A stretch of 64,000 bases of DNA, taken from IMG/VR virus record IMGVR_UViG_3300028186_000155. The stretch is one strand, 5' to 3'. This document shows positions 11,101 to 20,735 of this stretch, one piece after another. Under the pieces are notes generated by a model that was not told the DNA's origin, made no database searches, and worked only from the letters and a program-made list of their open reading frames with translations. How positions within the stretch are numbered: position 1 is the first letter of the stretch; every line of letters starts with the position of its first letter. Position numbers and translations under genes: made by a program. Source of the DNA: a virus (Duplodnaviria > Caudoviricetes).

Positions 11101-12211
11101 TCTGGTTAGCCGTGGGTATTCTGCGCTGGGTGCCACGTTGGGCCAGCTGGTTTCCTCGGCACAACAGGCAACCAATAGCCTCGGGCAAATGGTGGTGCAG
11201 GCCAAGCATCAATTGGCTGAAGGTGCGCAGTCCCTCATTACCAAAACTTACGCAGCAGAATTCGAACAAAACGACTTCATTTTGCTGCAAACACAAGACG
11301 ACCAGAACACCGTTACATTCGATTCCGGCGTTGGCGTTGGTGCCGACCGTTTTGATATGACGGTCATTAATCCGAAAGTTAAATACGGCATTGTCCACGA
11401 TGTGGCCCAAGGTGAAATCAACGGCCCCGGCATGGTTCAATTCGAAAATGTTGAATTCATTGAATCGGGTGTTAATTCCGATGCGATGGAGATTGAATTC
11501 GAAACCCCGATTTACGTGGGCGTTGAACTGACAGACTTCCATTTCGAATACAACGCGGTTGGGAAATCCTACAGCGATGTGCAGGAATATGAAGCGGTGT
11601 TGAGTACCGGCTTTGCAGCCCCGTTCCTTATGGGCTTCACCGATACAATTGCCTATTCCGTTCTGCAAGAGTTCGCGTTTGTCGGTGTTCGTTCCGGTGG
11701 TACAGGGCTGGCTGATATCCCGCAAGGAACCGCTGACTTGTCGCAGGTTAAATTCGGGATCGGTGAATTGTTCGGCAATGAGAAATCGCACGGCCACACC
11801 GAGTTTGTGCAGCGGACGCCTGAAGTGCATGGCGCACATGATTTCCACAACTTCCAATCCTTCCCAGTTTATTCCGGTGCAATTGGTATTTCCACGTACA
11901 AAACGGGGATCATCAAACGCACCGAGCACGTGGAACGGGTGCAAATCAGCTGGATCAGGATTAAGGCACAAATGGGCGTGGCACAAAACACTCCATATCG
12001 CCCACAACAAGCCACCAACGGACGCGGTAAAGCCTCGCTGTATCAGGGCTTTGACACGTTGAGCGACGTGCTCGATTTCACTGCGAACTATGACGGTGTG
12101 ACTACCCTGCAAAAGTTCAATGGTTATGTTTATAACCTTGATGTAGACAAAACATTCGTTTGTGAAGTCTATTACAACGGTCCAATCAGTGGCCTCATGC
12201 AAGGTGGTTAA
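8117..12211 (+). CDS. Large tail-fibre/structural protein: N-terminal discoidin (F5/8 type C)-like domain, two Gly-rich domains, ~18-aa TQ repeats
   Basis: PSQAIDGSTLTRWES motif; GAGAGG/GAGGS Gly-rich modules; repeated xQxTQxxExxxxK units. Confidence 0.75.
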   Translation: MAKIQGATAYATTSYGSTPSQAIDGSTLTRWESNNTYAATVNDVFVLGFPRRVTPKQIRLLFRTWGQDLHVGYSHTGGTVKSSYTEIKVVNIATEPNDSLGNKWNVVTDNNGGMDVSSSNVLLLPENEIAAQYWAIWINNATGVDRLRIWEISLHDTVGDEGINPTLPNSIPVPPFTASPSPYWKRTEYSTPGPFSHTPDADTKLMFLVAQGAGAGGRVVHKLDGSITPVSGPGEATTIASAAGTILTANGGANDGTGGLLYDDRGKSTENWIRYDYRAGINGGVVVAGGALASPAGANTGVLGATTGASFILVPAGQPVTNTFTGTSEIKGTVTYEKFARDAAYGLKSQVTTANESGYVEYSFLGYAGRNVTINVRRNIGYPTINAAGRIRFNGVLRSTFSGVSEQTEAFTYAMVDGVNTVRLEFGNLSPVQAGTFASITSVVLSGTGAPGVNAGGSGALSRLYMAPKPLTGVIGKGGVGQAGEQPNVTAAQNSTRGSGGAPGGNGGDGVIVVYEYKGFMAYGDSPLPTFANYNVAPGTEVAGASRTDYIGLTNGGQRSFTHKLREKTKNVFIIMVGAGGSRELASISQPDSTVVVAGAGRWEAKSGWNSTGTSGVSGGVFVSDNDSINSGDGVAGIYGYDTLATSPIAGNYGRGSGSYPYKGAGGAGAYGFFALSQAQMASRSIDILVGNNTATTYQELPGAVFVFETESDNVLQVTQVVEELLVKASVSNTQITQSSELLFAKSPIANTQTSQTPELMLVKEGEQNNWLQVSYANIGFVVDAEDPATAVTQTAEQLLVKQPVTQTMLTQSAEMILARVPRIPYRMTQVAELVFVSEIPSVFWLNFGEVNDPVKDQIYTSLTGRATSVQPGAYIQLEGPHAEGTTMFVNGVDVGLSSPIANNDRVQIVGGIPNWWQASINVYTYYLVNGEVTREQVGMWLFKHVVRTPTKPRAYAAQYTNNKWQFLKNGLSTAQLPKSIIGRAYAALSNTLSVLVSRGYSALGATLGQLVSSAQQATNSLGQMVVQAKHQLAEGAQSLITKTYAAEFEQNDFILLQTQDDQNTVTFDSGVGVGADRFDMTVINPKVKYGIVHDVAQGEINGPGMVQFENVEFIESGVNSDAMEIEFETPIYVGVELTDFHFEYNAVGKSYSDVQEYEAVLSTGFAAPFLMGFTDTIAYSVLQEFAFVGVRSGGTGLADIPQGTADLSQVKFGIGELFGNEKSHGHTEFVQRTPEVHGAHDFHNFQSFPVYSGAIGISTYKTGIIKRTEHVERVQISWIRIKAQMGVAQNTPYRPQQATNGRGKASLYQGFDTLSDVLDFTANYDGVTTLQKFNGYVYNLDVDKTFVCEVYYNGPISGLMQGG

Positions 12212-12219
12212 TTTAATAG
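12209..12219 (+). promoter_or_regulatory. Candidate late-promoter motif TAATTTAATAG
   Basis: Identical 11-mer on the - strand at 33088-33098; 19 nt before an ATG. Confidence 0.45.
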
Positions 12220-12237
12220 AAACGTTGGAGATTTCAC

Positions 12238-12660
12238 ATGGCATTAACACCTGTCAAAAAGCTAAGTGAAGTCGGCAACCGGTTGCGCAAGAATTTTCAG
12301 TTGAAAACCTTGCTGCTTAACCCCAACGCCACGGAAACATTTGTGATTGATTGCGGCAAGTCCGCAATCGTCCAAAGGCTTGAGGTTGACCAACCCTGTG
12401 TGGTCGAGGTATTCGGGACTGAAAGTCACAGTCCCATTCTCGACCAAACACCTTACCGGTTTGTCGCGGTCGCTGGTCATTTAGTCGATGATGGTTCTAC
12501 CACGCTGCGTGATGGAACCGTTATTAAATCGCGGCAATATTCGATTTTCGTGAACCTTGAGACGCCGGGTAGGCCTCAAGTGTATGGACAGATCACGAAT
12601 TCGCAACCGGTTGCCGCTTCGATTACTATCAAACTCATGTACCTTACGGTCGAGGATTAA
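12238..12660 (+). CDS. Putative virion structural protein
   Basis: SD GGAG; position in the structural cluster. Confidence 0.65.
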   Translation: MALTPVKKLSEVGNRLRKNFQLKTLLLNPNATETFVIDCGKSAIVQRLEVDQPCVVEVFGTESHSPILDQTPYRFVAVAGHLVDDGSTTLRDGTVIKSRQYSIFVNLETPGRPQVYGQITNSQPVAASITIKLMYLTVED

Positions 12661-12662
12661 AA

Positions 12663-13820
12663 ATGGGTATCGCAATTCTTAAAGAGGGTTTCCCGACTGC
12701 GGGGAAGGTCACGCTGGATATCATCGATTCCATGCTGGCCAACGGATTTACCGCCATCTATCCAGTGGATGGCACCAACGTCTACGTCAAACCGACTGGC
12801 GCCACTGCTGAAAAATTCATTGTGGTTTTGGAAGCCGGGCCGGATGTTGACCCGCTGAATAAAACCGACGTAACCAAAAAACAACCATGGCGCGTTTCGT
12901 TCAACGTTTCTGATACCGCAACCCTCGGTGTTTTCGTTGGTTCTGACGCTGCGCTGCCTGCCAGTGGTGCGCTGCCATACGTTACCGCTTCCATTACCGA
13001 ATCCAGCGCAATCAACACGCGTATTGTTGGTGCAAAAGGTATTGTTGGTGAGGATTATACGCCACCACGTACCACCTCTAGCCAAAGCGCTCCGTATTTC
13101 GCTTCCGCTGGTCTGCCAGCTTCTTTCCAGCCGCATTGGAAAAACGTCACCGAAGGTTTCATTAACCGCAAAGCTCGCGTTTGGGTAGATATTGCCACAC
13201 AAACCAGCGGCGGCACCGAGCAAGTTCCGGTGGCTCCAACCGATCCGACCAAAGATATCAGCGCCACTTACCCACTGACCTATTACCTCGCAATTACCCC
13301 GCGTGGTTTCTTCCTGTCGATTTGGGAAGGTTCGGCGGCGGATATGAGCGGCACCAACTTCAGCTGGATGCTTGTGCAGCGCCCAGTAAAACGCGATACC
13401 GGCGAAGTTGTCACCGATGGCAAGGCCCCTGTTTTCTGCGTGAACTCGGTTGGCAACCAACTCAACCGTTTTGTGGTGCGCGAATCTGATGTGGTGGATG
13501 CTTCGGCAATTGCCCGTGCTGACGTGGATTCGAAAGACTGCACAGCCATCATCAACTCCAAAAAACAGGTTGGTGTTTCGGAAAATAACCAGTACATCGT
13601 AAACTACCCGTCGCGCCTGAATACCCCGCGCTACGCGTACACCTACGAACTGGATATGATCGGCTACGCGTCTGCTACCGTGATTTCTTCGACCACTGAA
13701 GTTCCACAAAAACTTTACAGCGAAGCAGAAGACCGGACCTATATCGGCCTGCAATCCAACATTGCACAAAACAACGGCATGCGCATTCTGGCCCTGAAGA
13801 AAGGCGCGGGCATCGCGTAA
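12663..13820 (+). CDS. Putative virion structural protein, paralog A
   Basis: Shares LEAGP.VDPLNKT, QRPV.RDTG, PSRLNT.RYAYTYELDM with the next gene; strongly biased codon usage. Confidence 0.75.
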   Translation: MGIAILKEGFPTAGKVTLDIIDSMLANGFTAIYPVDGTNVYVKPTGATAEKFIVVLEAGPDVDPLNKTDVTKKQPWRVSFNVSDTATLGVFVGSDAALPASGALPYVTASITESSAINTRIVGAKGIVGEDYTPPRTTSSQSAPYFASAGLPASFQPHWKNVTEGFINRKARVWVDIATQTSGGTEQVPVAPTDPTKDISATYPLTYYLAITPRGFFLSIWEGSAADMSGTNFSWMLVQRPVKRDTGEVVTDGKAPVFCVNSVGNQLNRFVVRESDVVDASAIARADVDSKDCTAIINSKKQVGVSENNQYIVNYPSRLNTPRYAYTYELDMIGYASATVISSTTEVPQKLYSEAEDRTYIGLQSNIAQNNGMRILALKKGAGIA

Positions 13821-13832
13821 GGAGCAATTTAA

Positions 13833-14888
13833 ATGGCAGTTTCTGGATTCTACGTTCGTCGCAGCGGTTACACGCATGTTGGCGAACTGATGCTGGCGGT
13901 AATTACCGACCTGACAAACAACGGTTTCACCGCACGTTTCCCTACCCCATGGGTTCCGCCCGTTGACGCGACCGGTCGTGCGAAATTCAAAGTCACCCTT
14001 GAGGCCGGGCCACTGGTTGACCCGCTCAACAAAACCGAACTCGAAAACAAACAACCATGGCGCGTGCAAATCGAAGTTTTCGATAAACACACTTGCGGCA
14101 TTACTGTTGGTTCGCAGCAAGCCCTGCGCGTTGACGGTTCAGCCTCCTACGGCACCGCTGGTTCTGGCTCTTCGAAAACTCTGACCGGCCCCGTGGGTGC
14201 GATTGGTGGTTATTACACCAAAAACAATACCACTCTCGCCACGTTCGCACCGGACGTGACGAAGCCCGATGAAGCGTTTTTGAACCGCACTTCTCGCGTG
14301 GTGATGAATACCACCGATTTGTCGGATTCTTTCCCGATGACCTACAGCCTGTCGATTACCAATCGCGGGATTTCTCTGTGTGTTTGGGAAGACTTCGTTT
14401 CGGATTCGGGCGCCGTCGCAATTTCGTGGTTTGTTGTTCAGCGTCCGGTTAACCGTGACACTGGCGCCACCATCGAAGCCGGTAAGGCCCCGGTGTTCTG
14501 CCTGTATGGTGTGAACAACAAAATCATGCGTTTCGTTGTGCGTGAATCTGACGTGCTGCGTCCGTCTGATCCGGTTAGCGCCACCGCCGATTCGGATTAC
14601 AACAACGCAATTATCAACGGGATGGAACAAGTTTCCATTTCCGAGGGTAACAAATACGTTGTTAACTTCCCGTCGCGCCTCAACACCACGCGTTACGCCT
14701 ACACCTACGAACTCGACATGCTGGGTTATACCAGTGCCGACGTAGTTTCGGAAAACACCGACGTTCCGCTGCGCGTATACGGCGAAGCTGCTGATCGCAA
14801 ATACGTTTCGCTGATGGCAAACGGTGCGAATAACACCGGTATGCGGATCGTAACCATCAAGGAAGGTGGCGGCATTTCGCTGTCGTAA
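13833..14888 (+). CDS. Putative virion structural protein, paralog B
   Basis: Clear tandem paralog of 12663-13820; SD AGGAG. Confidence 0.75.
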   Translation: MAVSGFYVRRSGYTHVGELMLAVITDLTNNGFTARFPTPWVPPVDATGRAKFKVTLEAGPLVDPLNKTELENKQPWRVQIEVFDKHTCGITVGSQQALRVDGSASYGTAGSGSSKTLTGPVGAIGGYYTKNNTTLATFAPDVTKPDEAFLNRTSRVVMNTTDLSDSFPMTYSLSITNRGISLCVWEDFVSDSGAVAISWFVVQRPVNRDTGATIEAGKAPVFCLYGVNNKIMRFVVRESDVLRPSDPVSATADSDYNNAIINGMEQVSISEGNKYVVNFPSRLNTTRYAYTYELDMLGYTSADVVSENTDVPLRVYGEAADRKYVSLMANGANNTGMRIVTIKEGGGISLS

Positions 14889-14910
14889 CATGGGGAAATA
14901 AAGCCCCTCG

Positions 14911-14940
14911 AAGGGGACTCTTTGCAGTCCCCTTTTTTAT
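14911..14940 (+). terminator. Rho-independent terminator with an overlapping alternative hairpin
   Basis: AAGGGGACT-CTTTGC-AGTCCCCTT-TTTT. Confidence 0.75.
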
Positions 14941-14957
14941 TTCGTTTGGAGAACACT

Positions 14958-16025
14958 ATGTCTCTTCTGCAACAAGACGGTTTCGACCACTACGGCACCA
15001 CGGCACTACAGACCCCAACCACCGTGGCGGCAATTGCTCTGACTTCCGGGGGTTTCGTGCAGCCCACGGGCACCTGTTCTTGCGCCACCGGTTATGGCAA
15101 AAACACGGGTTCGCTAGGTGTTGGTTTGACTGCCAGCACCACCGATTTGATTTGGCTGAAAAAACCAATCAAACCTGAATCGTTTTTCGCAACCGGCGCC
15201 GCGTACACTCCGACTATCCGCGTGGTGCATGCATTCGCCGCACGTTTCGTTCTGGCTCCGACCGGCAACCTGCAATTCGCCCGTATTGCTGGGGTAAACG
15301 TTTCGATTGGCTCCGACTGGTACATTTACGTCGATGGCGTGAACACCAACTATCAGTGCGAACTGAATATCTGGAACTTCGTTGAACTGGTGGTGGATAT
15401 CGCCAACAACAAATTCGAACTCTGGATGACCGATGTAAAGGTTTACGAAAAAACCATCACCGGATACACCCTCGATTTTTGGGAAATCCGAGCGCAATAT
15501 ACCTCGGGCGGTACTGCCCATTTGGTTCTGCACGTAGACGACCACCACATGCTCGACGGCGCAGGCCAGTACAACAACGAACGAATCGGAAAATGCGCAA
15601 CAATTACCCGATATCCAACCGCTGATGCAACGGTGCAAATGACCCCGGATACCGGCACCGCAAACTTCAGCCGGGTGAATCAGGCAACCCCTGATGGCGA
15701 TACGTCGTATGTGTCTTCGAACAAATCCGGCGTCACCGACCTTTACACCAACACCACTTCGTTTGAAACGGTGGATGACGCGGCTGTGCGTGCCATCACC
15801 ATTGCACCATCTGCCCGTATGGTTGAACCGGATTCGCTGTCCGTAACTGCCGTGGTTGACGTTGACGGTGTGCAGGCCACTGGCTACCGGATGAAACTGA
15901 AAGCTGCGCAATATACTTCGATGAAACACATTTTCGAAGTCAACCCAAAAACCAATCTGCCTTGGACCCCAACCGAGGCGCAAAACGTGAAATTCGGCCA
16001 ACGCATTCTGCCTAAGCCGACCTGA
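14958..16025 (+). CDS. Putative tail protein with a ConA/lectin-like beta-sandwich
   Basis: SD GGAG; DGFDHY N-term; WNFVEL motif; C-term NPKTNLPWT. Confidence 0.7.
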   Translation: MSLLQQDGFDHYGTTALQTPTTVAAIALTSGGFVQPTGTCSCATGYGKNTGSLGVGLTASTTDLIWLKKPIKPESFFATGAAYTPTIRVVHAFAARFVLAPTGNLQFARIAGVNVSIGSDWYIYVDGVNTNYQCELNIWNFVELVVDIANNKFELWMTDVKVYEKTITGYTLDFWEIRAQYTSGGTAHLVLHVDDHHMLDGAGQYNNERIGKCATITRYPTADATVQMTPDTGTANFSRVNQATPDGDTSYVSSNKSGVTDLYTNTTSFETVDDAAVRAITIAPSARMVEPDSLSVTAVVDVDGVQATGYRMKLKAAQYTSMKHIFEVNPKTNLPWTPTEAQNVKFGQRILPKPT

Positions 16026-16039
16026 TAAGGGGATGGTTT

Positions 16040-17422
16040 ATGGCCGTTATTTTTGCTGACGATTTTCAACAGTGGGGAAATTCCGGCAACATCGGTAGTG
16101 CTAGTGCCGAGCCGTTTTTGGTGCCGGAATTCTCCTCCTATAACGTAATCCAGCCACGATTCCAAGCACTTGGATTTTACCCGGCTGTCGGTATGCGCGG
16201 GACCAACGGTGGTACATGGGCTGTTCCATCAGTGTTTTACTCAACTACCTATGGCGGCCTAGCCATTCACCACAACAAAGGCACTATTGCCCCAATCTAC
16301 AACTTCCCCGGCGCCGTTGGTTTGCGTAAAACCATTCGACCGTCGGGGGATATTTTGTATTTTAGTGCGTGCATTGAATTGGTGGGTGGTACTGTTTATC
16401 AGAATGGCACAATTTTCCAGTTTGGATCAGAAGCTTCACCACTTTCTGCCTTCACCAACACTCAAGCCATGCCCGGATCTTTCCTGTATACCGTGGGCAT
16501 AAATGGTGACGGATTCTACACGTTTAACGGCGTAGCAACCACAGTGCAGGCCTTCTACCGGCCCGCATCGGTGAAAGCTTTTATTGACGTTGTTTTTGGT
16601 CCGGGCTACATGGAATTGTGGATCAATAATGAAATGATTATCCGACAAAATCGGGTAACGTTGCCAGTCACCGAAATCTCCATTGCACCAACCGATGATC
16701 GGGCGGTTTTGCTGATTCTGCGCAGTCTGATGATTTGCGACAATTCCGGTGGATTCGGCCAGCGCATGGGGCGGAAAATTGTACAGACCTTCCCGGTCAC
16801 AACTACAGGTGCGCTCGAATCGACTTTGAACGTAACCGGCACCCCCACTGCTGTACAGACATTGGGTAGGTTTGCCACTGACATAAACACCGAGAAAGAT
16901 ACCACGATGTTCGGCAGTTTGGTTAGTTCTGCGCCCTATGTGAAAAACGAATTTGGGGCCACGCGCCCCTCTTCCACGCTTAAACCATATACGGCGTTCG
17001 TAAATTTGCAGGCCAAGCGGTTGACGCCTGCTGCCGATGGTTTAGGTTTATTGCCATTCGTGACAATTGCCGGAACAAAAGTCTACGGACAAATAACGAT
17101 CCCAACCTCGACGTGGAAACAACTCACGACCGAAGTTCCGATTGCCGCTGCGCAGACTTTCACCGCCGTAACTTTTGGCTACGAACATGACTACAAAGAT
17201 CAGAATAAAATCTGGATCGATGATCGTGCGAAGGTCGATGTTTATGGGGATGCGGCGTCCGGTTCGTTTGTGCCGCCCGGTTTCCTCGGCAATCCGATTA
17301 TTGCAGCCCCACTGCCAATGGAAACTGCAACACTCGGCGCCTACGTTTTCGACTACGCAGTTTCGACCCTGACACAAACAAAAACTGATGTGACTAACTT
17401 GTCGTATCAGCAGGATCAATAG
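16040..17422 (+). CDS. Putative tail protein, distant paralog of 14958-16025
   Basis: DDFQQW N-term parallels DGFDHY; similar ELW motif and domain order. Confidence 0.65.
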   Translation: MAVIFADDFQQWGNSGNIGSASAEPFLVPEFSSYNVIQPRFQALGFYPAVGMRGTNGGTWAVPSVFYSTTYGGLAIHHNKGTIAPIYNFPGAVGLRKTIRPSGDILYFSACIELVGGTVYQNGTIFQFGSEASPLSAFTNTQAMPGSFLYTVGINGDGFYTFNGVATTVQAFYRPASVKAFIDVVFGPGYMELWINNEMIIRQNRVTLPVTEISIAPTDDRAVLLILRSLMICDNSGGFGQRMGRKIVQTFPVTTTGALESTLNVTGTPTAVQTLGRFATDINTEKDTTMFGSLVSSAPYVKNEFGATRPSSTLKPYTAFVNLQAKRLTPAADGLGLLPFVTIAGTKVYGQITIPTSTWKQLTTEVPIAAAQTFTAVTFGYEHDYKDQNKIWIDDRAKVDVYGDAASGSFVPPGFLGNPIIAAPLPMETATLGAYVFDYAVSTLTQTKTDVTNLSYQQDQ

Positions 17423-17430
17423 GAATTTCT

Positions 17431-18819
17431 ATGGCCTTCGTGACAATTGATAACCCCGGTGGGATTATGCACCACGGCGGGCAGATGGCATGGACCACGA
17501 TTAGCGATACCCGTATCGCCATGGTCACAATTACCGCCGATTTCAAAGCACTGATTCAGGAAATCAATCAGGTAAATGGGGCGCCTGTTGTGGGCGTTCC
17601 CTCGTTTATTGCGCAGCTTGGAACGTCTGGTTTGAATGCAGGCTATCCGTTCCGGCCAAAAATTCGATCCATGGGAAATGATCGGGTGTTCGTTATGGTT
17701 CCCGCGTCGTGGGATTTAATACCCACGACGGAACGCGCACGCGGATGGGGATGCAGCCTATCAGCCGCAGCTAGTGAGCGCGCCGTTATTCGTATGCCGA
17801 ACCTGTACAGCTGTTACGTGATGGAGCGAAACGGTAGCGGACAATATACGGTCAAATCAAGTGCACAAATCAATACAACACCTAGCGGATTTACCGAAAC
17901 TATTTCGGTACATTATGCCCTAACAATTGCCGAAGCTTCTGGCACACAAGTTGTTGTAAAAAGAGCGTGCAGCAGACCTAACCAGACCTACTACGGCCTA
18001 GCTGGGTACACCATCACAATTCCCGTTACTGACGGGGTATTGGGTACACCAGTCGGTACAATGGACGGCCCCAGCCTAATTAACTACAACGCCAGTTACG
18101 CGAACAACATGCAGATTTTTGAATATAAAAATGTTCGAGATTTGCAAGGACGGCCCGTAGAAATTCGGGCAGTGATTCCCACATCCTCTTCGTCATTCGA
18201 AATGACCAACACCAAAATGGTTTGGCGTCCGCCAATCACAACTGGCGTTGGTGAGGCTTGCCATCTGATTGCTGGTGGTGTTTATGCAGGTTCTTATTCG
18301 TACCGTTCAGCCCCAGCGTTGGCCTATGTTCAGCCAAATTCCTTAGTTCCTCTTTCGGCTGATGCTCAGGGCGATTATTACGCTTGCGGAGGGTCAACCA
18401 CAACAGCATCTTGTGTGTACAATGCAAATCAAATTTCAACGGGTGATATATTGATCAATCCGCTGGATACAGGGTTTGTGCACAGTTCGGGTGTCGTGTG
18501 TGTTGTAGGTGGTAAAAATACCATCAGCGTACCTTACACCGTATTTGAAAACGACGTGGCCATGCACGTTTGGCAGGCGTATGCGGAAACGGTTACGGAC
18601 ACTGTACTGCCTTTGCAATTGTCATTCCGCCTGCCTGTAGGTCAGGGTCAATATAGTGGCCCGTTCGATCCAATCAAAACACCGTACTATTATAAAGAAC
18701 GGATGAATAACAATCGAATTCTGCATAAAGTTGACGATTCGCATTTCTGGCTGATTGGCTGCTTCATGGCCGACGCTAACTCGGCGCCTAAACTCGGTGT
18801 TATTTCTGTGAGCGTGTAA
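17431..18819 (+). CDS. Putative tail-associated protein (beta-rich)
   Basis: SD AGGA; long ORF in the structural operon. Confidence 0.6.
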   Translation: MAFVTIDNPGGIMHHGGQMAWTTISDTRIAMVTITADFKALIQEINQVNGAPVVGVPSFIAQLGTSGLNAGYPFRPKIRSMGNDRVFVMVPASWDLIPTTERARGWGCSLSAAASERAVIRMPNLYSCYVMERNGSGQYTVKSSAQINTTPSGFTETISVHYALTIAEASGTQVVVKRACSRPNQTYYGLAGYTITIPVTDGVLGTPVGTMDGPSLINYNASYANNMQIFEYKNVRDLQGRPVEIRAVIPTSSSSFEMTNTKMVWRPPITTGVGEACHLIAGGVYAGSYSYRSAPALAYVQPNSLVPLSADAQGDYYACGGSTTTASCVYNANQISTGDILINPLDTGFVHSSGVVCVVGGKNTISVPYTVFENDVAMHVWQAYAETVTDTVLPLQLSFRLPVGQGQYSGPFDPIKTPYYYKERMNNNRILHKVDDSHFWLIGCFMADANSAPKLGVISVSV

Positions 18820-18820
18820 A

Positions 18821-20719
18821 ATGGCCCTACTGAAAAGTAATGCGCTGCCAAACTCAATTGTGGCGCACGGATTAAATCACCTGCTGGCCTATCAGTCGGG
18901 TGAGGTGAAACGCTATCGGAAAGAAGCTGACAATTCGTTGCTGCTGCGCCAGACATACCTGCTGGCCGATGTGAAACGTCTGGCAATTTCCGAAGATGGC
19001 TTGTGCATGGCGGCGCAAACCGCAACACAAACGCACCGTCTGCACATGCCTACCGACGATCCGTTGGCGACGACGGGTGCCATGGCTATTTCCGATTCGA
19101 ATTTCCTGATTGTTTTGCAGCCAACGGCTGTGCAGGTAATTCGCGAAACTACTGTGCTTTTGACGGCGACCACCACCGTTGCCGATAAAGTTTGTTGCGG
19201 CCTGAATTCATTCGTTGTCTACAACAGCGCACGCACCTTGACCGGCACCTATACCGGTTTTGTTTTGACCAACACCGCGCAAGCAAAAACCCTGATGCAT
19301 GTGGCCCATACGGGTTCGGATAAATTCGCGTTTTTCTACAGCGACGGCTCCGTTACGCTTTCTGGCACCACGCGCACCGCGAAAGTTTTGCGCAATCACC
19401 GGCACATTGGTCAACACGTGGTGGCGAATGACGGCACCGACGAATGGACGTATATGCGGAAATTTCCGCTAACTGCGCCAGTTAAATTGCGTCCCTATGT
19501 GGAACCACCAGCCCCAGCTGATTTTTTCACCACAGATACAGGTGGCGCACCGCTCACTTACACAATTCAGAAAACTGCTGGTGCAAGTGTTGACGAACCT
19601 GCGCAAATAGGTACGGCCTCTTACACTTTGCAACATGGAAATCAGGATTCCATAACAATTCTTTTGGACCAACCAATAAACTTGGCTGCGACCGATTGGA
19701 CGTTGGAATGGACAACACTTAATCAGTCAGCAGCGGATGGTTCGTATTACGCAGAAATTGCGATGCTTCCCGCTGCTGGAAATTTGGGTGTTGTTGCGCG
19801 TTACGGCGATGGGGGCTACGGCAACCGCCTACAGTTTGGCGGCTTAATGAGCGCACAAACCAACGTATGGAACGCAAACTACACGAAAGCTACGTTGAAC
19901 GGCGTTCTGCGAAAATGCGTAATGGTAAAACAGGGCACAACTGTTTCGGTGTACATTAACGACGTTCGTCAAAACCTAGCAATCGGCACCACGTCCACTT
20001 ACGACCAAACCACATTCACCATTGACACCGATATAACGGCCATCAAACGGATCGTTCTCGGTGCAACGCCTTCTGGCGGAGGCACAATTGGTGCGATTCG
20101 CGGCCCGGTTAAATTGAGCCTTTCTGCAAAACGACCAACACCAGAACCATTCTCGCTATTTAAATCTGATGGTTCTCTGGCAACCGGCGTAACCAACAGT
20201 GGAGCAACTGTTGCGCCAAATCTGATTACATTCTCAGGTACTTCGTATTTGTCTATGCCCGGTTCGGATGCACTCGTTCCGCGTACAGATGATTTCGAAA
20301 TTGACTACGAAGTTTTGTACACTTCGATGCCTGCTGCGGTTTCTGGTACGTCACTACAGCCTGTGATGTACTGGGGTAACTGGGCAACACCCGGCCAGCC
20401 TGTGAATATGGATATGTACTACATCAACACAGCGCCTGCCCGACACGGTTTCCTAACGTCTCACGATACCTCACAATTCCTGACACACAACGTGCAAATG
20501 AGTGTTGGCCAATGGTACGCATTTAAATGGGCACGTAAAAGCGGAGTGCTGAAATTCTACATCGACGGGACCGAAGTAGCCTCGCAAGATTTCCCGTATG
20601 ACATTACCTATAAATCAACACAGCCTTTGGTGTTTGGCCGCCGCCGTGGCGGAACCTCTGGTACGGTTTATTGGTATGCTCAGATGCAGCTGCGGAAATT
20701 TACAATCAAAATCGGGTGA
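18821..20719 (+). CDS. Tail fibre/receptor-binding protein with two LamG/ConA-like domains
   Basis: DWTLEW...VSVYIND and DFEIDY...GQWY...LKFYIDG LamG-like motifs. Confidence 0.75.
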   Translation: MALLKSNALPNSIVAHGLNHLLAYQSGEVKRYRKEADNSLLLRQTYLLADVKRLAISEDGLCMAAQTATQTHRLHMPTDDPLATTGAMAISDSNFLIVLQPTAVQVIRETTVLLTATTTVADKVCCGLNSFVVYNSARTLTGTYTGFVLTNTAQAKTLMHVAHTGSDKFAFFYSDGSVTLSGTTRTAKVLRNHRHIGQHVVANDGTDEWTYMRKFPLTAPVKLRPYVEPPAPADFFTTDTGGAPLTYTIQKTAGASVDEPAQIGTASYTLQHGNQDSITILLDQPINLAATDWTLEWTTLNQSAADGSYYAEIAMLPAAGNLGVVARYGDGGYGNRLQFGGLMSAQTNVWNANYTKATLNGVLRKCVMVKQGTTVSVYINDVRQNLAIGTTSTYDQTTFTIDTDITAIKRIVLGATPSGGGTIGAIRGPVKLSLSAKRPTPEPFSLFKSDGSLATGVTNSGATVAPNLITFSGTSYLSMPGSDALVPRTDDFEIDYEVLYTSMPAAVSGTSLQPVMYWGNWATPGQPVNMDMYYINTAPARHGFLTSHDTSQFLTHNVQMSVGQWYAFKWARKSGVLKFYIDGTEVASQDFPYDITYKSTQPLVFGRRRGGTSGTVYWYAQMQLRKFTIKIG

Positions 20720-20735
20720 ATAAAAGGAAGTATTT

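Noticed and set aside
2539-14891. Long antisense ORFs (e.g. 2539-4287, 6048-7529, 10394-12250, 12657-14120)
   Set aside because: Shadow frames of well-supported + strand genes, with no RBS or recognisable motifs
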